Shown: positions 57,101 through 64,000 of the stretch, piece after piece | How the letters are laid out: the number at the start of each line of letters is the position of its first letter | Position numbering within the stretch: position 1 is the first letter of the stretch | DNA from: Rhodosorus marinus CCMP1338 | Taxonomy: Eukaryota; Plantae; Rhodophyta | Assembly: GCA_029953675.1 (NCBI GenBank) | Contig: JAMWBK010000003.1 | Location: 1,302,001-1,366,000 of the forward strand | Reading direction: 5' to 3' | DNA: 64,000 nucleotides | Program-made: the position numbers and the translations under genes | The notes under the pieces: model-generated | What the model was told of the DNA's origin: nothing | The model's input: only the letters and a program-made list of their open reading frames with translations | Database searches by the model: none

Positions 57101-58857
57101 CTTTGAGCAGTTTGGGTATCTCGAAGTTCCGCAATTTGATGGCGAGCCTCTCGCGGGGTGTCTTGCTTCCCAGCGTACCGGAAAGCGCCCAAGACTTGTT
57201 TCTGGAGCTCCAAACCGCCCTGAATTCCTGTACTAGTCTCCCCGAAACCGTTCAACCCCGTCTTCCTGACTGGCGAGCTGTATTTGACCGCTCTCGAGGC
57301 TCCGCCCCGGGGATTCGTCCTGCGCCTGAACCTGTTCTAGGGGAGATTGACCCAGTAGTTGCCGCAGAAGAAGAAGTTCCAGTTGATCCTCCTGATGATT
57401 CCCAGCGCGCTGGGAGCCGAGCTCAAGCACGCACGGATGCGCTGCAAAATATCCTTTCTTGGGACTTGCACCGTGCTGCATATGGCCGACTCCTCGCGCA
57501 GATGGTCTCATCTTCTCGCGCTCGCGCCCGCCTACGTAGTCTTGGAGGGGTTCTTAGCTCTCAGTGGCTCATGACCGTACCAGCCTTTCCGCCACTCACA
57601 CTGTCGAATTTCGAAGTGCGTACTTCACTGCGCTTATACCTCGGCTTACATCAGCCCCCTTGGCCGTACGATATGGGTTCGTCGTGCCCTCTCTGCTCTC
57701 AGACTGAAGACAACGCAGATTTCACGCCCACCTGCTCGCTAGTTGCCCGGCGGTGAAAGGTGCTCGAACCAGCCGCCATACACGGATCTTGAACCTGTTA
57801 TACCGGGAACTTCGGCCTATAGTCCGGCAAGCCGGTCTGGAAATCGAACGTGAGAAACCTTTACCCGTCGCGGACTTTCAAAATGATGAACGCCGTGTAG
57901 CCGACCTGGTGATCACCTGTGACGACAGCCGCCGTACCACATACGTTGATCTTGCTGTTCCTAACCCTCAAGCTAGTCGTTATCTCCCGGCTGCGGGGGA
58001 GCGCCGTGGATCTGCCGCCGCCAGCATGAGACGCCGCAAAGAGATCAAATACGCGGGGGCTTTGTCTTCCCCTGGTGTTCGTGCTTCGGCACTAGCACAT
58101 CGCTTGGTACCCCTGATCATTGAGTGCTTTGGGTTCATGGACTCTGTTGGTTCTCGCTGGCTTCGGGAGTTGTTCCGCGAACGCCCTGACCGTCTTCAAT
58201 CGTTGTTTACCCGCTTAAGTTTCCTGCTGTGGCGCATGAATGCCGCTTTGATGTTGGAGGCGCGAGTACTTCGCCGCACTTAGTCTTTTTTTCCCCTCGG
58301 GGTTTTTTTTTCAGCCTCCGATTAAACCATTCATTCATTCAGTTGCCGGTAGAAATTTTCACCGCATCGCTCCTAATACCATTCCCGTAAATGTTTCGAA
58401 TGATTCCATTCCTAACAGGCACGGCTTGTGCAGTGTTGTTGGCCCGACATTCAATTCCGTCTCTGGACGAGTTGTAGAAATTGGCCCCGTCGATAAGGAA
58501 CTTGCTCCCCTTGATCTCCAGAAGTGCCGCGCGTTCAGACGGATCTACTGTTCCAAGGTTCCCGACAGCATTCAAATTCTTGATTGTCACTCCATCAGCC
58601 ATAATCCTTATCGCATTAATGGCAGCCCCGGGTACCAAAGTCACCGATATGTCCGAAAGCTTCAAGGGATTGCTTACTACCACCATCTCAGTTAGGTTCC
58701 AGTGGCATCCAGCCCCTGAGAGATGCGCGTTTTCAACCGCATTCGTCACTTGATCGTTGAGGGAGGCAGTGCAGTTAAGTTGAATGTGCCCATACGCTCC
58801 AACGGAGAATATGGAGCATACCGCGATCATCAGCTTTATTGCGGGTCCCATCCTCAT
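54127..58857 (-). pseudogene. Secreted right-handed beta-helix (pectin-lyase-like) protein gene split by a family C insertion
   Basis: N-part 58857-58341 (signal-like MRMGPAIKLMIAVCSIFSVGAYG) plus C-part 54809-54127 totals 1200 nt, an open 399-aa ORF (…KISTGN|LGLTKT…). It is rich in beta-helix-type N/V/I/T repeats and N-x-S/T sequons. Confidence 0.82.
54819..58340 (+). mobile_element. Longest family C copy (3522 bp, 5'-truncated in ORF1) with 9-bp TSD
   Basis: AGTTGCCGG at 54810-54818 and 58341-58349; ORF1 tail to 55150; ORF2 55143-58283 with three 1-bp frameshifts (~56540, ~57025, ~57725); tail CATTCATTCATTC. Confidence 0.95.
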
Positions 58858-59310
58858 AATGTTAACAAATTCCGTTCCGAAATACACTTTCTTCTCCTTC
58901 TTCTCTTGCTGTTGTTCCTGACCCCACTTCTTGTGATTAACTGTCGAGGAAAAGGCATCTCTATTTGTACATGTCTGTTCGGGTACCTTGGGAAACAATC
59001 CTCCATGGGCCCAAAACTGAGCTGGACAAGGTCCAACAAGCGAGAGCTGCCAGCCCGTTGACACTTAGCACCGGGGCCGCAGTAAATAATCATTCATTTG
59101 AGCTCTCTGTGCCCCAAAAATCGATGCAAGTCAGCACCTACTGGGGGCGCGGAGCGACATGGGCGAAGCCCCTGCAGCCGGCGGGGGGGGGGGAGGAAGA
59201 CACTCCAGTTCTATACTTAGCAGCAAACCACTTAGCAGCCCAACCCTAGCAGAAATTCGCCTTTTTAAACATGCTTAAATCTAGTCAAAATTCAAACATG
59301 TTTTATATTT

Positions 59311-59853
59311 GAACGAATGGTTTAATCGGAGGCTGAAAAAAAAACCCCGAGGGGAAAAAAAGACTAAGCGCGGCGAAGTACTCGCGCCTCCAACATCAAA
59401 GCGGCATTCATGCGCCACAGCAGGAAACTTAAGCGGGTAAACAACGATTGAAGACGGTCAGGGCGTTCGCGGAACAACTCCCGAAGCCAGCGAGAACCAA
59501 CAGAGTCCATGAACCCAAAGCACTCAATGATCAGGGGTACCAAGCGATGTGCTAGTGCCGAAGCACGAACACCAGGGGAAGACAAAGCCCCCGCGTATTT
59601 GATCTCTTTGCGGCGTCTCATGCTGGCGGCGGCAGATCCACGGCGCTCCCCCGCAGCCGGGAGATAACGACTAGCTTGAGGGTTAGGAACAGCAAGATCA
59701 ACGTATGTGGTACGGCGGCTGTCGTCACAGGTGATCACCAGGTCGGCTACACGGCGTTCATCATTTTGAAAGTCCGCGACGGGTAAAGGTTTCTCACGTT
59801 CGATTTCCAGACCGGCTTGCCGGACTATAGGCCGAAGTTCCCGGTATAACAGG
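59311..59853 (-). mobile_element. Family C 3' fragment, minus strand, 7-bp TSD
   Basis: TATATTT at 59304-59310 and 59854-59860. Confidence 0.92.
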
Positions 59854-60479
59854 TATATTTTATGCTGACTATCCTTTTTTGATTTTGTATGGATGGTGGA
59901 TTTACGAGCATTTTCTTTTTAGCTTGTGTTGGTTGGCTGAAGGAGGGAATTTGTAGCCATTCCTGGCTTACGCTTGCTCCTGTAAGTGCTTTCTTTTCCC
60001 GTTCTGCAGTTTTGCTGGCGGAGCTCTGTGTATTAGATGTCTCACGGAACTCTTACCGGCTAAACTGCGCTGTACCTTTCTAGAGCAGGGATTCGAACAC
60101 GATGGTGTTACCCGCATTTACTGGCTAAACTGCGTTGTTCATTTCTACAGCAAGGATTCGAACACAATCATGTTACTGGCAAGCTTTGATTCATTTCTAC
60201 AAAAGCCTTTCTGTTCGAGATTTCGATTGTACAAAAAATGAAAACAAAGAAAGTACAAACGGGTTGGCGGGGATTGACTCTGAACAACAACCGGCTGATA
60301 CCAGCAGGGTAGTTCTTCTAATCCCCACTCAAATGCGCCTATATGTGTGTCCCATTTCATGAGCCTTGCCTGAGTATTCCTTTTCCACCTCTTTTTTCTT
60401 TTCAGTCTCCGAAATAAAAACATCCATTCTTGGGGGAGCTGCCACAGTGCGCACCAGTTGCGCACAGCCCAGGTCCCGA

Positions 60480-60705
60480 CAAAGAACTTGATACAAATGC
60501 GTGTAGATTTTATTCAACCAACGCCCTGGGCGTGACCGTCTGATGTCCTCGTCCTGAAGCCGTTTAAGTTTCTTGCCTGTGGCGTACCCCCCCTCCCTCA
60601 CTGTGATGTTGGAGGCGAGCGAGCGACTTCTACGGCCAACTCAACTCTGTTTTTTAGAACCTCAACGATTTTTCTTTCAGCCTTCGACTAAACAAATTCA
60701 TTTCA
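60480..60705 (+). mobile_element. Very degenerate C-like 3' end
   Basis: GTGACCGTCTG...TTAAGTTTCTTGCCTGTGGCG...GATGTTGGAGGCG...TTTTCTTTCAGCCTTCGACTAAAC resembles the C terminus. Confidence 0.6.
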
Positions 60706-62060
60706 GAATTGGATGAAGATGTGAAACTTCAACATTTCAAAGCACTTCAAGACTGTTTTAACGATAAATGAATACGTTTTATCGCATTACATTGTATGTA
60801 CGCATTACAAACGTGCGCCAAAGTTGGCTACAGTTACCCCTTAACGTCTCCCTGACTTTCTGCGCTGTCAGCCAGGCCCTGATAATGTCATTCGTTCGTT
60901 CGATAATGTCGTTCTGTGCGACTACAACCAGGCGCCACCATACGTTTACTGTTCCGTCTTTGAAATACATTGTATATACGTTTACTGTTCTGTCTTTGAA
61001 ATACCCAAAGTTTTATGCTGTTTTTGCCGATGCTTACACCTCAGCCCCTGGGATGCAGACTTTGTCTGCCGGCCCCGGGGCTGATGGAGGACCTATAATT
61101 AGCATGGTTTACAAAAGCATTGCGGCCGAGACGGACATAACACTGGACTATGGAACCATTCTATTTTTAGTACCATGAAGGACCTCTTGGGGCAGGATTG
61201 GGCCTGAGTTGTTGTTCCGTGCATGAGAGAGTATACGAGATGAGTTCTCTGGTAATGTGGATAGGGGGTTAAACCGCTACGAATAAACACACAATTCAAC
61301 AGGTTATGAGCCCAGCTCAAGCTGGAAACAGTTAAGCCGTGGTGAATTGCTCCCTTGGGCATTAAAAGGTTTTGACGAGAGGTGTTCCCGGAAGGATGGG
61401 ACTCTATGGTAGAGAAGGTTGAAGGAAGTCCTTGGCAAAGGAAGACCTCGCCTAGCTGATTGTACCAAAGCAAGGAACTAGAAGGGCGCAATTGAGCATG
61501 ATGACAGACTGCACGCCGTTGCAGAGAGTCTACCAATTCGGGCGGAGGAAGCCTGCAAAGCCCCCCGGGAGGAAGGAGATAAAGATTGTGCTAGGCGGAT
61601 AACATGGACCATGTTTTCCTGGACTATGTTTGCCAATTACATCCGGATGACAGTGAAGACCACCCCACTGGCAGCTCAACGACCACCAGTTTGATGTTGA
61701 CTGAAGCACACAGTCAATCATTTACGATATTGACTGACTTTTCAACAGACTGAATACTGACAATGAGGGGAGAGTTTAGTAGCCGTTATGATGACGATGG
61801 TGCCGCATCGCAACTCCAAATACAAATTATAGAACGATAAGTATTGCAGCAACCTGAAGAAGTTGAAGTCGGAAGGCTGAGAATGGTTTACGCTGCGAAG
61901 TAGGAGAACTGTATCGAATCTATCGTGGTTTACCAGAAAATACTGTACGAATATTGTTCGCGAAACTGAGGGCGAAGCCAATCTTCGTGGCACTATGGCC
62001 GTGGCTGCGTATACGGACTGACTTAAAACTGAGATCTTGGAGCTTATCTAGCAAGAAGTT

Positions 62061-62350
62061 GGAGATTACGATCCGATCTGCGCTCCGACAGTAGGTTTCA
62101 ACACAGCCCGACTGGTAATTGCAATAGCATTACACAACGAATGGGTTCTACATCAATTGGATGTGAAGATGGCCTACTTGAGCGGCAATACCAACGAAGA
62201 TGCATAGATGTAACAGTCAGAAAGCTACGCAGACGGTACAAACCGCGTATGCAAATTGAACAAAGGCCTATATGGTCTAAAACGACGTGCAAAGCATGGA
62301 ATCAGACATTGACAGTTGATCTGGAGCGTATTGGTTTTGAGCGAGGGGAT
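62061..62350 (+). mobile_element. Ty1/copia reverse transcriptase relic
   Basis: My translation: DYDPICAPTVGFNTARLVIAIALHNEWVLHQLDVKMAYLSG...VCKLNKGLYGLK...AWNQTL, with stops and a frameshift; matches the copia RVT_2 motifs. Confidence 0.85.
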
Positions 62351-63039
62351 CGATGCACTGTCACCAGCAGCAAACCCACGAGGTAAAGAAGCAGCCTCCG
62401 AAGGAACGGATTTAAACCTAGACATCGGTTCACGCAAATCCCGAACATGGACGGAAAACGAGGCAATCAGAGCCGGCGACGCTATTTGCAATACGAGCGT
62501 AGAATTGTGCAATAGGAGATGTCGTTGTTGACAGTGGGGTTACGGATCACGTTTTGGGGAATACGAGATTCCTCTCGAAGCTGAGAAGGATCGAGCCGAA
62601 AGAAGTCTGGACAGCAGTTGGCAGCAAACTAACAAGGACAACTACAAAAAAAAGCAAACAGGACAACAGTTTCACAAAACAACGGATGAAGATAGGTGTT
62701 AAGTGACTTTGGTCTGGAGGGGTGGTGTTAAGGCGTACATGCCAAAGTCTACACACAATGGAGCGAACGCTACGTTACGTTCCGGAGCTGACGGGCGAGC
62801 TCATCAGTAGTATTGACGAATGAACCCACGTGTTCCCTTACAAAGGTACTCATCACTAGTATGAACAAATGAACCGAAGTGTTCCCTTACAAAAGTCTAT
62901 CAATGATGCCGTGGTGGAACACTCGACACATCACGAGGAAGAAGAAGAGTCTTCTACGAGGACGCAGAGCTCGTAGAAGAACTAGGCTCAGAAGCTGCGT
63001 CCGAAGATGCGCTAGTAACGGGTCAAGAACTATATCCGA

Positions 63040-63783
63040 TGAAATACAGGCCTTGTCGGCTAGGTCTGGAGCAACCAGCCGTTAACCGCATTACGGCGGA
63101 GCCTAAAGAACCCATGAGTGCAGAAGAAGCCATGGAGAGTAGTTTTTCCACCCGAACGGAGAGATCCGCGGATGCTGACCAAGCGTTGGAATGCACAATG
63201 GTGTGCCTCTCGAGAGAGGGTTTGTCGTATCAGAACCATTATTCCATTCTGCGGTCCGTCTGCCGCGCCTTCCCTGGCCCCAAGTCCACGTCTGGGGTGA
63301 GTCTGCTAGCTGGTAGAGGCATCGAGTGACACCAGTGAGGTCGCTGGTGTTCCCAATGCGGGAGTACAACTTAAAGATCGCCTTGATGAACTCCTGGACG
63401 GCTGCTTCCCCAATGCCCACACCATGACAAAACTGGTCACAGGTGCGCAGCTGTTATATGAAAGAGGCGGCTGGAACATTAGTGGCATCAGTCTCATTCC
63501 TGCTCCCCGCCTGCGTAACGTCTTCTGCTGGTGTTGATGTCCTTGGTTGCTGCTCTGATACCACAGCGCGGTGCTGTAGTGCATGTAACACTTCCATGGC
63601 ACCCGGTGCCGGTGAACCGGGGATGAGAATTGGCTCTGAGTTCGGCCCCCGCGCCTCCCGCACTATCATATTCTTCTGGTTTCCGATTCCAACTTCGCTC
63701 CACGCCAACCCAGAGCTTTTTGCTCCACGCCAACCCCGAGCTTTTTGCTCCACGCCAACCCCACAGTTTGTCCCCCCAGACTA
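63040..63783 (-). mobile_element. Internally deleted family A element, minus strand
   Basis: ORF1 start MIVREARGPNSEP at 63669, near-identical to 51830-52260; joined to a pre-RLE fragment (63040-63260); 5' junction TAGTCTGGGG (63783-63774). Confidence 0.82.
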
Positions 63784-63789
63784 GTCGTG

Positions 63790-64000
63790 CATCAACAGCG
63801 CGAGCGAGTTTGCGAAACTCAAAGGTCGGATGACGGAATTATCCCGAAGACCCGCCCTTTGGCAAACAGGTGCGACCACCACGCACCATTCTCAAATTCC
63901 GGCGCAGCATCCGCAGGCGGCCGTTGTCAATCAACTTGCGACAGGACCCAGCGTCAATCGACTCGAACCCGTAGCCAGCCTCCGCATAGGGTATCACGAC
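63790..64000 (+). mobile_element. A-subfamily ORF1 fragment, plus strand, continuing off the window
   Basis: INSASEFAKLKGRMTELSRRPALWQTGATTT resembles VNSSQELEGVTGRLTELSRKPGMWEGGAATT. Confidence 0.65.

Noticed and set aside
60700-62050. ORFs 60768-61178 and 61099-61536 as a transposase or host gene
   Set aside because: All frames are interrupted and no catalytic motif is recognisable.

Overview
Eukaryotic genomic DNA, probably a non-fungal, non-animal protist or alga (inferred from the HSP90 [13 protein letters not shown] signature and short GT-AG introns). The first ~8 kb is ordinary gene space: HSP90 with heat-shock elements, a TPR gene, a CBM48/AMPK-beta-like gene and a spliced sulfotransferase. 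From ~8.3 kb to the end the window is a dense nested array of non-LTR retrotransposons with a C-terminal zinc knuckle and restriction-like endonuclease (CRE-clade-like). There are three well-represented families (working names A, B, C) and remnants of several older ones. Family A copies are repeatedly bounded by short tandem tracts of a 16-bp G-rich repeat, GGGGTTACGTTAGTCT, which behaves like a non-canonical telomere repeat: it is the A insertion target and is also appended to broken elements. Families B and C insert promiscuously with 5-12 bp target-site duplications, including 9-75 nt 3'-tail-only insertions. All three families have two ORFs, each joined differently: A by a TAATG stop/start, C by an ATGTCTGA overlap, and B by an apparent +1 frameshift with a downstream hairpin. 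Embedded in the array are a secreted tandem-repeat protein gene and its disrupted paralogue, a secreted beta-helix gene split by a C insertion, MITE-like elements and a copia RT relic. No fully intact retroelement is present in the window. Family names are mine, no database search was possible, and boundaries without a TSD are approximate.
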